This document shows, in pieces, positions 1 to 10,814 of a stretch of DNA of 64,000 nt. Origin of the DNA: Thermoanaerobaculia bacterium (GTDB lineage Bacteria; Acidobacteriota; Thermoanaerobaculia; Multivoradales; UBA5704). Position numbers and translations under genes: made by a program. Position 1 is the stretch's first letter. Every line of letters begins with the position of its first letter. The DNA lies in NCBI GenBank assembly GCA_044226625.1, contig JBGAGQ010000001.1, positions 32,001 through 96,000 of the forward strand. Direction: 5' to 3'. The notes below the pieces were generated by a model, which had not been told where the DNA came from, made no database searches, and was given only the letters and a program-made list of their open reading frames with translations.

Positions 1-1132
1 CGGCCGAAGCCGAGAGGAGACCCACCCGGTAGCGCCCGCCGAGCAGCCGCTCGAGGCTCGCGAAATGCTGTTCCGCCAGGAGCTCGGTCGGCGCCATGAA
101 CGCGCCTTGAAAACCGTTCTCCGCGGTGATCGCGAGCGAGAGCGCCGCGACGATCGTCTTGCCGCTCCCGACGTCCCCTTGCAGCAAACGGAGCATGGGG
201 TGGCCGCCGGTGAGGTCGGCGGCGATCTCCGACAGGGCACGCCGCTGCGCGGCGGTCAGCCGGAACGGCAGGATCGACCGCGCGACCGAGCGGACGCGGT
301 CGTCGATGCGGTAGCGGTGGGCCCGCGCTTCCTGAACCCGGAGTGCCCGGAATCGCGCGATTTCGAGCTGGAAGGCGAGCAGCTCGCCGTAGATCAGACG
401 CCTCTGGGCGGGGGTGCTCCGGGCGGCCAACGCCTCCGGGTCGGCGTCGTCCGGAGGGCGATGGAGGAACGCGATCGCCTCGCCGATCGAGGGCAAGTCG
501 TGGCGGGCGCGGAGCGTGTCCGGTAGATGCTCGGGAATCGCCGCGAGGTCGAGCCGGTCGAGCGCGGCGTCGAGCAGTCGCCGCAACAGCGGAGTCGACA
601 GCCCCGCGACCGCCGGATAGATCGGCGCGATGCGGCCGCCGTGAAACGCGGTCTCGGCCCGTTCGCAGGTGGGATTCTGGAGCTGGATCGCCGGCCGGGC
701 GTCGCCGCTTTCGTCGGGATCTCCCGGGTCGCTTCGCTTGCCTTTGGCCGCTCGCACCGGCTGGAGGGAACCCCAGAGGAGGTAGCTCTCCCCGGGGACG
801 ATCTGACGGTCGAGATAGGGCCGGTTGAACCAGACCACCGGCAGCTCCCCCGTTTCATCCAGGACCACACCGCGAACGAGCGAGAGGCCGCGCTTGCGCA
901 CCCGCACCGCGGCGAGCCGCTCGATCCGGCCGACGATCCCGACCGATCCGCTCCCCGGGCCGGCCAGGACGTCGGCGACCGTGGAGAGACTGCGGCGGTC
1001 CTCGTAACGGAAAGGAAGGTGGAAGAGGAGATCCGCCACCCGCCGGAAGCCGGCTTCGGCGAGGGCCCGCGCCCGCGCGGGACCGATGCCCGGGAGCGCC
1101 TCGATCGGCGAGGACGAGGTGAGGTTCTTCAG
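1..1132 (-). CDS. recG: ATP-dependent DNA helicase RecG (5' part; runs off the left edge)
   Basis: Absent from the ORF track. Manual minus-strand translation gives N-terminal 'LPGIGPARARALAEAGFRRVADLLFHLPFRYEDR' and Walker A region 'PMLRLLQGDVGSGKT' (~150-200). The only nearby in-frame start is a CTG at 1132 overlapping the upstream stop. Confidence 0.93.
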   Translation of the reverse strand, partial: MKNLTSSSPIEALPGIGPARARALAEAGFRRVADLLFHLPFRYEDRRSLSTVADVLAGPGSGSVGIVGRIERLAAVRVRKRGLSLVRGVVLDETGELPVVWFNRPYLDRQIVPGESYLLWGSLQPVRAAKGKRSDPGDPDESGDARPAIQLQNPTCERAETAFHGGRIAPIYPAVAGLSTPLLRRLLDAALDRLDLAAIPEHLPDTLRARHDLPSIGEAIAFLHRPPDDADPEALAARSTPAQRRLIYGELLAFQLEIARFRALRVQEARAHRYRIDDRVRSVARSILPFRLTAAQRRALSEIAADLTGGHPMLRLLQGDVGSGKTIVAALSLAITAENGFQGAFMAPTELLAEQHFASLERLLGGRYRVGLLSASA

Positions 1133-1947
1133 GAGCCTTCGGGAAGCTCGAACCGGAGGGCGACCACACCCAGCTTGATCTCGTCGCCGTGCTTGAGCTC
1201 GGAGGGGACCCCTTTTTCGAGCCGCCCGCCGTTCAAGAACGTGTTGTTCATCGTGCCGATCTCTTCGCCGAGGAAGAACTTGTTGCCCTGACGGTAGATC
1301 TTGGCATGACGGCGGGAGACGGCGCGCTGGCTGTCGACCGGGGTGAGGTCGATGTCCGGGTAGATGCCGGTGACCGGATCGCGCCGGCCGATCGACGTCT
1401 CCGGGCCGGTCGAGATCGGGAACTCCATCCCCGAAGGGACGTGAACCACGCGCTCCTTCGCGGTCGATTCCTCCGTCGGCGGATCCTGCTGCGGCAGCTC
1501 GCTCGCCTCGCGGCTCTGGCCGACCTGCGCGAGCGCCTCGACCAGGAGGGCGTCGGCTTCGCGCAGCCGGCGCGAGAGCTTGCGCATCATGCGCACCGCG
1601 ATCTCGGGGTTCCGTTGCAGCATGCCCGAGAACATCGTGCCGTTGATCATCACCAGCTTGACCGACGTGAGGGCCCGGATCGACGCCGCCCGCGGCAGCT
1701 CTTCGAGCAGCGACATCTCGCCGAAGAAGTCGCCCTTCTCGAGCACGGCGATCTGATGCTCTTCCTCGCCCGCGCGGTTGAGCACCTCGACCTGCCCCTC
1801 GTGGACGATGTACATCTCGGTCCCGAGCTCTCCCTCGCGGAAGACGTAGTCGCCCGCCGCGAACTCGACCAGGAGGTCCTCGCCCTTGCGCGCCACACCC
1901 TCCGCGGGCGCGGGGCCACCGGTCGTCTTGAACACGGGTTTCGACAT
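1129..1947 (-). CDS. cNMP-binding domain + C-terminal FHA domain protein
   Basis: 'FREGE..MYIV..G.VEV..GDFFGEMSLL..PRAAS' (cNMP domain) and 'IGRRD..VSRRHA..GTMNNTFLNG' (FHA). Confidence 0.9.
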   Translation of the reverse strand: MSKPVFKTTGGPAPAEGVARKGEDLLVEFAAGDYVFREGELGTEMYIVHEGQVEVLNRAGEEEHQIAVLEKGDFFGEMSLLEELPRAASIRALTSVKLVMINGTMFSGMLQRNPEIAVRMMRKLSRRLREADALLVEALAQVGQSREASELPQQDPPTEESTAKERVVHVPSGMEFPISTGPETSIGRRDPVTGIYPDIDLTPVDSQRAVSRRHAKIYRQGNKFFLGEEIGTMNNTFLNGGRLEKGVPSELKHGDEIKLGVVALRFELPEGS

Positions 1948-1952
1948 TGAGG

Positions 1953-2888
1953 TCAGCTCGCTCCGAGAATCAATCGAGAGCCCGCCGCGTCCAGGATCGC
2001 GGGCAGCCCCAGGGGCAGCGTCCAGTTCGGGCTTCGGTGCCCGCTATTATGGCCGATCCCGACCGGCCCCGGGAAGGCGCCGAGGGCATCCGCCAAAACC
2101 GCCCGCCATTCGCCGTCCGAGGCGAGGGGGTGGTTGCCGTCGTCGAGATGGCCGAACAGGAGGCCCGCCAGCCGGTCGAGCTGCCCGGACAGGCGCAGTT
2201 GGGCGAGCATCCGGTCGACCCGGTACGGCGGCTCTCCGACGTCTTCGAGCAGCAGGATCGAGCCGTCGAGGTCGGCCGCGTAGGGCGTGCCGAGGGTCGC
2301 CGTGATCAGGCTCAGACAGCCGCCGAGGAGCACGCCGGAGACCGGCTCCCGCTCCGCCCCCCCGTCCCGATTGGGGAACAGCGAGCCGCCGAACGCCTGG
2401 ATCGCCGGGTAGCGCCCGGCGAGCGCCCCCACGAACGACGCGCGCTCCGCCTCGTCCTGGCCGCGCGCGAAATCGGCGGCGACCATCGGTCCGTAGAACG
2501 AGACCAGCCCCAACCGGCGCACGACCTCGAGCAGGAAGGGCGTGAGATCGGAAAAGCCGACATAGGCACGCGGGTGGGAGGCGAGCAGCTCCCAATCGAT
2601 GCCGGGCAGGACGCGCAGCAGCCCGTGGCCGCCGCGGGCGAAGACGATCGCCGCGATCGAGGGATCGGCGGCGAGCTCGTGGAACGCCGCGAGGCGGAAG
2701 GCGTCGTCGCCGGCGAACATCCCCCACCGGGTCGCGAGATTCGCCGCGGGAACGGGCACGAAACCGAGCCGCTCGAGCGCGGCCGTGCCGAGAGCGAGAC
2801 GCTCCGGGTCGATCGGCCCGGACAGCGCGGCGATCCCGATCCGGTCGCCGGCCAGGACGGGGGGAGGGAGTTGGGCGGGTGCGATCAA
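1953..2888 (-). CDS. ldcA: LD-carboxypeptidase (peptidase S66)
   Basis: 'ARGGHG', 'GFSDLT', 'LEDVGE', 'GH' motifs of S66. Confidence 0.9.
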   Translation of the reverse strand: MIAPAQLPPPVLAGDRIGIAALSGPIDPERLALGTAALERLGFVPVPAANLATRWGMFAGDDAFRLAAFHELAADPSIAAIVFARGGHGLLRVLPGIDWELLASHPRAYVGFSDLTPFLLEVVRRLGLVSFYGPMVAADFARGQDEAERASFVGALAGRYPAIQAFGGSLFPNRDGGAEREPVSGVLLGGCLSLITATLGTPYAADLDGSILLLEDVGEPPYRVDRMLAQLRLSGQLDRLAGLLFGHLDDGNHPLASDGEWRAVLADALGAFPGPVGIGHNSGHRSPNWTLPLGLPAILDAAGSRLILGAS

Positions 2889-2986
2889 GCCTTGAGTCTA
2901 TGAGAACTCGGCACGGGAGGGCATCGAGGGATCGAGCCAGGCTCCGCACCGGAGCCCGAAGGTTTCGGAAAGAGAAAGGAGATAGA

Positions 2987-3413
<427 letters not shown>

Positions 3414-3485
3414 GACACCATTGTACCTCGGTCGGCCATAGCCCTCCTCGGCTTCCACCTCGGCACCCTCTGATAGCATGCGCCG

Positions 3486-4661
3486 GTGAAGCTCTCATCG
3501 AGGATCTCCCGCGTCGGCGAATCCGCCACGCTCAAGGTAGCTCGTCGCGCTCTCGCTCTGAAAAAGGAAGGGATCGACCTCGTCGACCTCGGCGCCGGGG
3601 AGCCGGACTTCCCCACGCCGAAGGTCGCCGTCGAGGCCGCCCGCGCGGCGCTCGCCGAAGGGTTCACCAAGTACACCGCGGGCAGCGGCATCCCCGAGCT
3701 GCGCGCCCAGGTCGCCGCGTTCCACCGTGCCCGCTGGGGCTCGCCCTGGACGGCAGCCGAGACCGTGATCTCGGTCGGCGGCAAGGCGGGTCTGTTCGAG
3801 GTCGCGATGTCGATCGCCGAGCCGGGCGCGGAGGTGATCATCCCCTCCCCCTGCTGGGTGAGCCTGCCGGCGCAGATCGAGCTCGCCGGCGGAACGCCCG
3901 TGCTCGTGCCCACCTCACCCGAGAACGGCTTCGCGCTCCACGCCGAAGCGTTGCTCGCGGCGGTCACGGAGCGGACGCGGGCGATCCTGATCAACTCGCC
4001 GTCGAATCCGACCGGGGGCCTGATCTCGCCGGCGGAGCTGCGCGCCCTCGTCCAGGGCGCAGCCGAGCGCGATCTGCTCGTGATCGCCGACGAGACCTAC
4101 GTCCGCCTGGTCTACGACGGCGCTCCGATGGCGACGGTGGCCGCCGTCGCCGCCGAGTTTTCCGACACCGTCGTCCTCGTCGGCTCGTTCTCGAAAAGCT
4201 ACGCGATGACCGGCTGGCGCGTGGGCTACGTGCTTGGCCCGCCGCCGCTGATCAAGGCGGTCGAAGGGGTGCAGAGCCACGTCACCTCGAATCCGACCTC
4301 GTTCGCCATGGTGGGGGCGCTCGCCGCCCTCGAGCACGCCGAGCCCGAGGTCGAAACGATGATCGCGACCTACCAGGAGCGGCGGGATTTCCTGATTCCG
4401 CGGTTGAACGCGATCCCAGGCCTCTGCTGCGCCCCGCCGGGCGGGGCGTTCTATGCTTTTCCCAAGGCGACCGGCGCGTTTCGCCCTGGCCGCTCCGACT
4501 CGGTTTCGCTCTCCGAGTTCCTGCTCGAAGAGGCGCGGGTGGCCGTGGTGCCCGGCTCGGCGTTCGGCGCCGACGAGCACGTTCGGCTGTCGTTCGCGAC
4601 CTCGATCGAAGAGCTCGAACGCGGCCTCGAACGGATCGACGCGGCGCTCCGCCGCGTCTGA
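3486..4661 (+). CDS. Class I/II PLP aminotransferase (aspartate aminotransferase-like)
   Basis: 'GEPDFPTP', 'NSPSNPTG', 'DETY', 'SFSKSYAMTGWRVGY'. Confidence 0.93.
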   Translation: MKLSSRISRVGESATLKVARRALALKKEGIDLVDLGAGEPDFPTPKVAVEAARAALAEGFTKYTAGSGIPELRAQVAAFHRARWGSPWTAAETVISVGGKAGLFEVAMSIAEPGAEVIIPSPCWVSLPAQIELAGGTPVLVPTSPENGFALHAEALLAAVTERTRAILINSPSNPTGGLISPAELRALVQGAAERDLLVIADETYVRLVYDGAPMATVAAVAAEFSDTVVLVGSFSKSYAMTGWRVGYVLGPPPLIKAVEGVQSHVTSNPTSFAMVGALAALEHAEPEVETMIATYQERRDFLIPRLNAIPGLCCAPPGGAFYAFPKATGAFRPGRSDSVSLSEFLLEEARVAVVPGSAFGADEHVRLSFATSIEELERGLERIDAALRRV

Positions 4662-4723
4662 GGCGGCACGGCCGCCCCGCTCGACGCCCCCTTTTCACCG
4701 AAATCCCTCCAAGGAGGACACCG

Positions 4724-6550
4724 ATGCTCCACCGAAGCCCCCTGGCCCGCCGGGTCTTCGCCCCCGGCCTGGCACTCGGCCTGTTGGCGCTCGCCGCCGG
4801 GCCGATGCGCGCGGCCGAAGCCCCGCCGACGGTCGACGAAGCGGTCCGATTCGTCGCCGAGGCCGAACAGCGCCTGACCGAGCTCGGCCTCGAAGCGCAG
4901 CGCGCCGACTGGGTCAAGCAGAACTTCATCACCGTCGACACCGAGATGATCTCGGCCAAAGCCGGCGAGCGCGCCGTCACCGCCGCCGTCGAGTACGCGA
5001 AGAAGGCGCCCCGCTATGACGGCCTCGCGGTGCCCGCCGACGTGCGGCGGAAGCTCGAGTTCCTGAAGACCTCGCTGGTCGTTCCGGCGCCGAGCGATCC
5101 CAAGAAGACCGCGGAGCTTTCGCAGATCACCGCCTCGCTCGACGCCGACTACGGCCGGGGGAAATACTGCCCGCAAGGCAAAGAGTGCATGGACATCGAG
5201 AAGCTCTCCGACGTGATCGACCAGAGCACCAACCCGGCCGAGCTCCTGGAGGTCTGGAAGGGCTGGCACGCGATCGCGCCGCCGATGCGGGAGCGCTTCA
5301 CCCGCTACGTCGAGCTGGGCAATGAAGGCGCCCGCGAGCTGGGCTACCGCGACATGGGCGCCCTCTGGCGCTCGAAGTACGACATGCCGGCGGACGACTT
5401 CGCCAAAGAGGTCGACCGCCTCTGGAACCAGGTGAAGCCGCTCTACGACCAGCTCCACTGCTACGTGCGCGCGAAGCTGGTCCAGAAGTACGGCCCCGAG
5501 CTGGTCAAGCCGAACGAGCCGATTCCGGCCCACCTGCTCGGCAACATGTGGGCGCAGGACTGGACCAACATCTACCCCATGGTCGCCCCGCCGACCGCCG
5601 ATCCGGGCTACCTGCTCACCGACCGGCTCAAGGCGAAGGGGACCGACGAGATCGGCATGGTCAAGTACGGCGAGGGCTTCTTCACTTCGCTCGGCTTCGC
5701 GCCGCTGCCGGCGACCTTCTGGGAGCGCTCGCTGATCGTCCAGCCGCGCGACCGCGACGTGGTCTGCCACGCCTCGGCCTGGGATCTCGACAACGAGGAC
5801 GACCTGCGGATCAAGATGTGCACCCAGGTCAACGCCGAAGACTTCGGCACCATCCACCACGAGCTCGGCCACAACTTCTACCAGCGCGCCTATAAGACGC
5901 AGCCGCCGCTGTTCCGCGACAGCGCGAACGACGGCTTCCACGAGGCCGTGGGCGACGCGGTGGCGCTCTCGATCACCCCGGAGTACTTGAAGAAGCTCGG
6001 TCTGATCGACGCCGTGCCCGATCCGTCGAAGGACGTCGGCCTGCTGCTCGACCGCGCGCTCGACAAGATCGCCTTCCTGCCCTTCGGCCTGATGGTCGAC
6101 CAGTGGCGTTGGAAGGTCTTCTCGGGGGAGATCAAGCCCGAGCACTACAACGAGACCTGGTGGCAGCTGCGCCGCAAGTATCAGGGCGTCCAGCCGCCGG
6201 TCGCGCGCACCGAGGCCGATTTCGACCCGGCCGCGAAGTACCACGTCGCGGCGAGCGTGCCGTATACCCGTTATTTCCTGGCGGCGATCCTCCAGTTCCA
6301 GTTCCACCGCGCGCTCTGCCAGGCCGCGGGGGTGACCGGGCCGCTCCATCGCTGCTCGATCTACGGCAGCAAGGAAGCGGGCGCGAAGCTCGACAAGATG
6401 CTCTCGATGGGCGCGAGCCGCCCCTGGCCCGACGCGCTTGAGGCGCTCACCGGCAGCCGCCAGATGGACGCGACCGCGATCGTCGACTACTTCCAGCCGT
6501 TGCTCGACTGGCTCAAGGTGCAGAACAAGGGCCAGACCTGCGGTTGGTGA
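4724..6550 (+). CDS. Secreted M2 family peptidyl-dipeptidase (ACE-like)
   Basis: ATG 4724 after AAGGAGG; signal peptide; '[15 protein letters not shown]', 'CHASAWD', zinc motif 'HHELGH', 'GFHEAVGD'. Confidence 0.93.
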   Translation: MLHRSPLARRVFAPGLALGLLALAAGPMRAAEAPPTVDEAVRFVAEAEQRLTELGLEAQRADWVKQNFITVDTEMISAKAGERAVTAAVEYAKKAPRYDGLAVPADVRRKLEFLKTSLVVPAPSDPKKTAELSQITASLDADYGRGKYCPQGKECMDIEKLSDVIDQSTNPAELLEVWKGWHAIAPPMRERFTRYVELGNEGARELGYRDMGALWRSKYDMPADDFAKEVDRLWNQVKPLYDQLHCYVRAKLVQKYGPELVKPNEPIPAHLLGNMWAQDWTNIYPMVAPPTADPGYLLTDRLKAKGTDEIGMVKYGEGFFTSLGFAPLPATFWERSLIVQPRDRDVVCHASAWDLDNEDDLRIKMCTQVNAEDFGTIHHELGHNFYQRAYKTQPPLFRDSANDGFHEAVGDAVALSITPEYLKKLGLIDAVPDPSKDVGLLLDRALDKIAFLPFGLMVDQWRWKVFSGEIKPEHYNETWWQLRRKYQGVQPPVARTEADFDPAAKYHVAASVPYTRYFLAAILQFQFHRALCQAAGVTGPLHRCSIYGSKEAGAKLDKMLSMGASRPWPDALEALTGSRQMDATAIVDYFQPLLDWLKVQNKGQTCGW

Positions 6551-6597
6551 TCTAAGCCCTGCCCCGGGGCCGGTCCGAACGCGGTAGTCTTGCCGCA

Positions 6598-7641
6598 ATG
6601 TTCCGGACCGGCCCCGTCGTCCTCCAAGCGCTTCTCCTCGCTTCGGCCTGCGGGCGCACCGAGCCCGGACCGACCGACGAGTCGGCCGCGGCCCGGGCCG
6701 GGTCGGCCCAACCGAAGCTGGTCCGCAGCACCGTCGCCTACACCCTCCGAGAAAAAGACCTGATCCCCGAGGGGATCGCCGCCGATCCCGGCACCCACCG
6801 GCTGTTCGTCGGCAGCGTCGAGAAACGGAAGATCCAGGTGATTTCCTCCGAGGGCAAGGAGAGCACCTTCGTGCCGAGCGGCGCCGCGGGTCTGGGTCCC
6901 GTGATCGGCCTGCGCGTCGACGCCGAGCATGGCCGCCTTTGGGCGGTCTCCGAGCCGACCGGCCGGCCGAAGAGCGACCCGGCCACGTTTCGCGGTCTCT
7001 ACGCCTTCACCCTGTCCGACGGCTCCCTCGCGGCGAAGATCGAGCTGCCCCGTTCGTTCGGCTCGGTCCACGCGCTCAACGACCTCTGCCTCGATTCCCA
7101 GGGCACCGTCTACGTGACCGACAGCGATCCCGGCTCGCTCTATTTCGCGCGGCCGGGGGAAAAGAAGCTCACCGCGCTGCCGCTCGCCTCGGAGGCGAAA
7201 CAGGCCCTCCGCTTCGCCAACGGCATCGCCTGCGCGGGTGAGCAGAACCGCCTCTACGTCGCGGTCGCCGCCGGCATCGCCGCGGTCGATCCGAAGACCG
7301 GCACCGCCCGCATCCTCACCGCCCCACCGGGCGTCGCCGCCAACGCGCTCGGCGGCTGCGACGGGCTCTACCGCCAGACCCGCACCACCCTGGTCGCGAT
7401 CCAAAACGGCCACGGCGCCGAGCGCGTCCTCCGCGCCACGCTCGACCCAACCGGCCTCGCGATCCAGAAAATCGAGACCCTCGAGATCGGCCAGCCCCAC
7501 TTCGACATCCCCACCACCGGCGCGATCCTCGACGGCGCCCTGTACTTCATCGCCAACAGCCAGGTCGGCAACTACGACAAGGTGGGAAATCTCGACCGCC
7601 GCGGGCTCAAGCGGCCGGTGATCTTGCGGCTGGGGCTGTAG
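6598..7641 (+). CDS. Lipoprotein, SMP-30/gluconolactonase-like beta-propeller
   Basis: Lipobox-like 'LLASAC'; 'IPEGIA', 'ALNDL', 'FANGIA', 'DGL', 'PTTG'. Confidence 0.7.
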   Translation: MFRTGPVVLQALLLASACGRTEPGPTDESAAARAGSAQPKLVRSTVAYTLREKDLIPEGIAADPGTHRLFVGSVEKRKIQVISSEGKESTFVPSGAAGLGPVIGLRVDAEHGRLWAVSEPTGRPKSDPATFRGLYAFTLSDGSLAAKIELPRSFGSVHALNDLCLDSQGTVYVTDSDPGSLYFARPGEKKLTALPLASEAKQALRFANGIACAGEQNRLYVAVAAGIAAVDPKTGTARILTAPPGVAANALGGCDGLYRQTRTTLVAIQNGHGAERVLRATLDPTGLAIQKIETLEIGQPHFDIPTTGAILDGALYFIANSQVGNYDKVGNLDRRGLKRPVILRLGL

Positions 7642-7643
7642 GG

Positions 7644-10600
7644 GTGAACCCTAAACCCCTGCACGGAGCGGAAGACCACCCGCTATCCAAGCGGATGAGG
7701 GCCTTCGGCTGTCCGGATCTCATCCCGCTCGATCAACCGCTCTCTAGTCCGCAACAGATCGAATACCTGGATCTCCTGCCCAAGAAGGGCGCCTCCTCCG
7801 CACCTCTCGTGACCGGCGTCGCCGAGCACCAGGGAACGGCCCTGCTCTACGTCTTGGACGCCGGTGGCGAAGGTGAGAGCGCCGAGAGAATCGCCGAGAT
7901 CCAGCGCCAGCTCGCCAACCGCAGCGATCCCGCCTGGCTCGGCGTAGCGCGCCCCGGCTCTCTCGAACTCTTCCCCATCGGCTTTCGAGAGACGGCCACC
8001 ACCGCGCCTCTCCGGGTGATCTCCGAGAAGGAGGGGACGGCGCCGCTCTTTTTCCAGAGCCTGGTCCACGGCTCCTTCTCGGAGGGCGAGAAAGTCCAAG
8101 GCGCGGACTACGTCTTCAAAAAGATCTTTGACCTCTTGACGCAAACGATCGATGAATACGTTGGAGAGGGCGCCAAAGGGCACGAGATTCAACCGCTCGA
8201 CGTTCTTTCGATGGCCGGGCGCGCGCTCTTCTTTCGCTTTCTGATCGATCGAAAGATCGTGCTTGCCTCGGAACGAGAGGAGATCTGCCCGGCGGCCGAT
8301 GGATTGAAGGACGCCTTCGCCAACGCCGAGAAGGCCGCGCAGACCTCCGCCTGGCTCGACGAGACCTTCAACGGCGACTTCCTTCGGCTGATCGACGAGT
8401 CGATTCCGGCCACCGATCGCCCTGCCCGCCAAGAGGCGTATCGGCATTTCTACCGGCGAATCGAACGTCGCGCAGGCAAGAACTTTTTCAATCACCTCCA
8501 CGCCATCTTGAACGGTTGGCGGGGCACCGGAGGTGTGTTCCAGCAGGAGCTGGACTGGAACGATCTCGACTTCGCCCACATCCCCGTGGGGGTCTTGAGC
8601 CAGGTCTACGAGAGCTTCAGCCACCGGGCCAATCCCGTGACGGCCCGTGAGACGAGCGTTCACTACACTCCGCGAACGATCGCGAGGCTGATGGTGGACC
8701 AAGCGTTTGCTGCGATCCCGGATCCCGCGCGAGCGATGGTCTTGGACCCTGCCTGCGGCGCGGGAATTTTCCTCGTTCTCGCCCTACGTCGCCTCGTGAG
8801 CGAGCGCTGGCAGGCGGACCAAAAGCGCCCTAATACCCGGACGATTCAAGACATCCTCTATAGCCAGTTACGCGGCTTCGATGTCAGTGAGTCGGCCCTG
8901 CGCCTTGCGGCTCTTGCGCTATACATCACGGCCATCGAGCTGAACGGAACGCAGAGACCGCCGAACGCGTTGAAATTCCCCAAGGATCTTCGAGAAGGGG
9001 TGCTTTTCCACTTCGGAAACGATGCGCCGGAAGAGGCGGCTTTCTCTCTGGGCAGCCTCGGGCCGCGCGTCCCTCCCGAGTTCGATGGCGTCTTCGACCT
9101 CGTGATCGGCAACCCGCCCTGGAAGCGCCTACGCGAGGAAGAGTTACAGAGAACGGCTTCTAAGAGCGAGCGACGGAAGACGACCCAGACGGCCGCGCTG
9201 AACGCAGAGTTCACACGGATCGGCCAGCGCGTGCTACGGGAACGAGGATTCGGCGACCTGGCGAAACGTTACAAGAACCCGGACAAGGACCCTGATCTTC
9301 CTTTTCTCTGGCGGGCCGCCGAGTGGGCCAAGAAGCCCTCCGGCGTCATCGCTCTCGCCCTGCCCGCCAGGTTGATCGGGCGCACCAGCGGAAAAGGTCA
9401 CGAGGCTTGGATGGCGATCCTGAAAAGCCTCTCGGTGACAGGTCTGATCAACGGTGCCGACCTGCGAAAGTCTGCCGTCTGGGAATCGATGGATCTACCT
9501 TTCTGCCTGCTATTCGCGCGCAATTCCGCGCCACCGCCTGACCACCGATTCATCTTCGCGGCTCCTCTCCGCGAACCCGAGTTGAATCAACAGAGCCGCT
9601 TTCGCCTCGACTACGAGACGGCCAAGCCGGTGAGCGTCGAGCGGATCGAGCGTCAACCTTGGATTCTCAAGACGCTGTCTCTCGGCACATGGCGAGACGT
9701 GGCGGTGATGGAAAAGCTTTTGCGGGCTTTCCCGCAGAGCTTGACGACGTTTTGGCGGGGGTGGAATCCCAAAGGGGATAAAACGGGAAAAGGTTTCGAT
9801 ATTTCGCCGAACTTAAAACAAAGTCCCGCTGACTTTCTGGCTGACCTTAAGGTCTTCGCACTACCTGACGATCGCAGCGCCCTAGACGTTCGGGATCTGG
9901 AAACTTTCTTTGAGCGCTATGGCCAGAGGACCGCGCATATGCCCCGGACCCAGAATCTCTTTCAGCCTCCGCTGCTCATCGTTCCCCAGGCGCCTGGCGC
10001 CGATCCAGAGCGCAGCCGCGCTTACCTTTCGCGGGAGGCCCTGGCCTTCTCCCAGAGTCACTACGGGTATTCGTGCGCCGGTCACCCTGAGGAGGAGACG
10101 CTGGCGGCGCTTCTCTACCTGGTACCTCACTCGACACTATTTTCATACTTCTGCCTGATGTCCAGCCGGCGAGCCGGCTTTGATCGGCAGACGATCAACA
10201 AAGAAGAGCTCGATGCCCTGCCATTCCCCGATCCTAGCTTGCTCTCGAAGCCGGAGAAGTCCACGATTCAAAGGCTCGCAAGAGAGTTGGAAAGTGGCGC
10301 GAAGGGAGCCCTATTTGAAATCGACTCGTTCCTCTTTCGCCTCTACGGCCTGGACGATGAGGAAGGTCAGACTCTTCGCGACACGCTGTTCGCCGCCATG
10401 TCCTATCGCCGGCAAGGGTGCGCGGCCCTGGAGCGCACAAGCCAACCGGATCGCGATCCGTTCCGCCAAGAGCTGTGCAGCCTTCTGGCGCCGTACTTCA
10501 CTGTTTGTGGCGAACAGATCTTCGTCCAAGAAGCGAGCGATCCACCGGACCGGCGGGAGCAGCCTTGGTTTTTTCTCGCACTCTCGCTAGCGCCGGAATC

Positions 10601-10814
10601 GGTGGCTGTGGGCTCTGCCCTGCTGCGTACAGCCATGCAGGAGGCCAACGAGCGTTCGGCGAGCCGGATCTTCGTCCGATTGCCCGGCAAGCGCGGCCTG
10701 CTTCTGGGGCTGCTCAACGAGCGTCGTTGGTGGACGATCACCCGGGCGCGCCTTTGCGGCCAGGCGATTCTTCGGCAGCATCTCGACGCCTTCGGCCTGC
10801 CCGAGACGGTATGA
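7644..10814 (+). CDS. Large N6-adenine DNA methyltransferase (type IIG/Eco57I-like architecture)
   Basis: 'HYTP', motif I 'LDPACGAGIFL', motif IV 'IGNPPW', long C-terminal region (probable TRD). Codon usage visibly less GC-biased than neighbours. Confidence 0.85.
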   Translation: MNPKPLHGAEDHPLSKRMRAFGCPDLIPLDQPLSSPQQIEYLDLLPKKGASSAPLVTGVAEHQGTALLYVLDAGGEGESAERIAEIQRQLANRSDPAWLGVARPGSLELFPIGFRETATTAPLRVISEKEGTAPLFFQSLVHGSFSEGEKVQGADYVFKKIFDLLTQTIDEYVGEGAKGHEIQPLDVLSMAGRALFFRFLIDRKIVLASEREEICPAADGLKDAFANAEKAAQTSAWLDETFNGDFLRLIDESIPATDRPARQEAYRHFYRRIERRAGKNFFNHLHAILNGWRGTGGVFQQELDWNDLDFAHIPVGVLSQVYESFSHRANPVTARETSVHYTPRTIARLMVDQAFAAIPDPARAMVLDPACGAGIFLVLALRRLVSERWQADQKRPNTRTIQDILYSQLRGFDVSESALRLAALALYITAIELNGTQRPPNALKFPKDLREGVLFHFGNDAPEEAAFSLGSLGPRVPPEFDGVFDLVIGNPPWKRLREEELQRTASKSERRKTTQTAALNAEFTRIGQRVLRERGFGDLAKRYKNPDKDPDLPFLWRAAEWAKKPSGVIALALPARLIGRTSGKGHEAWMAILKSLSVTGLINGADLRKSAVWESMDLPFCLLFARNSAPPPDHRFIFAAPLREPELNQQSRFRLDYETAKPVSVERIERQPWILKTLSLGTWRDVAVMEKLLRAFPQSLTTFWRGWNPKGDKTGKGFDISPNLKQSPADFLADLKVFALPDDRSALDVRDLETFFERYGQRTAHMPRTQNLFQPPLLIVPQAPGADPERSRAYLSREALAFSQSHYGYSCAGHPEEETLAALLYLVPHSTLFSYFCLMSSRRAGFDRQTINKEELDALPFPDPSLLSKPEKSTIQRLARELESGAKGALFEIDSFLFRLYGLDDEEGQTLRDTLFAAMSYRRQGCAALERTSQPDRDPFRQELCSLLAPYFTVCGEQIFVQEASDPPDRREQPWFFLALSLAPESVAVGSALLRTAMQEANERSASRIFVRLPGKRGLLLGLLNERRWWTITRARLCGQAILRQHLDAFGLPETV

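Noticed and set aside
65-1291. Plus-strand ORFs 65-526 and 527-1291
   Set aside because: Antisense shadows of recG. The same applies to the many long Arg/Gly/Pro-rich ORFs elsewhere in this high-GC DNA.
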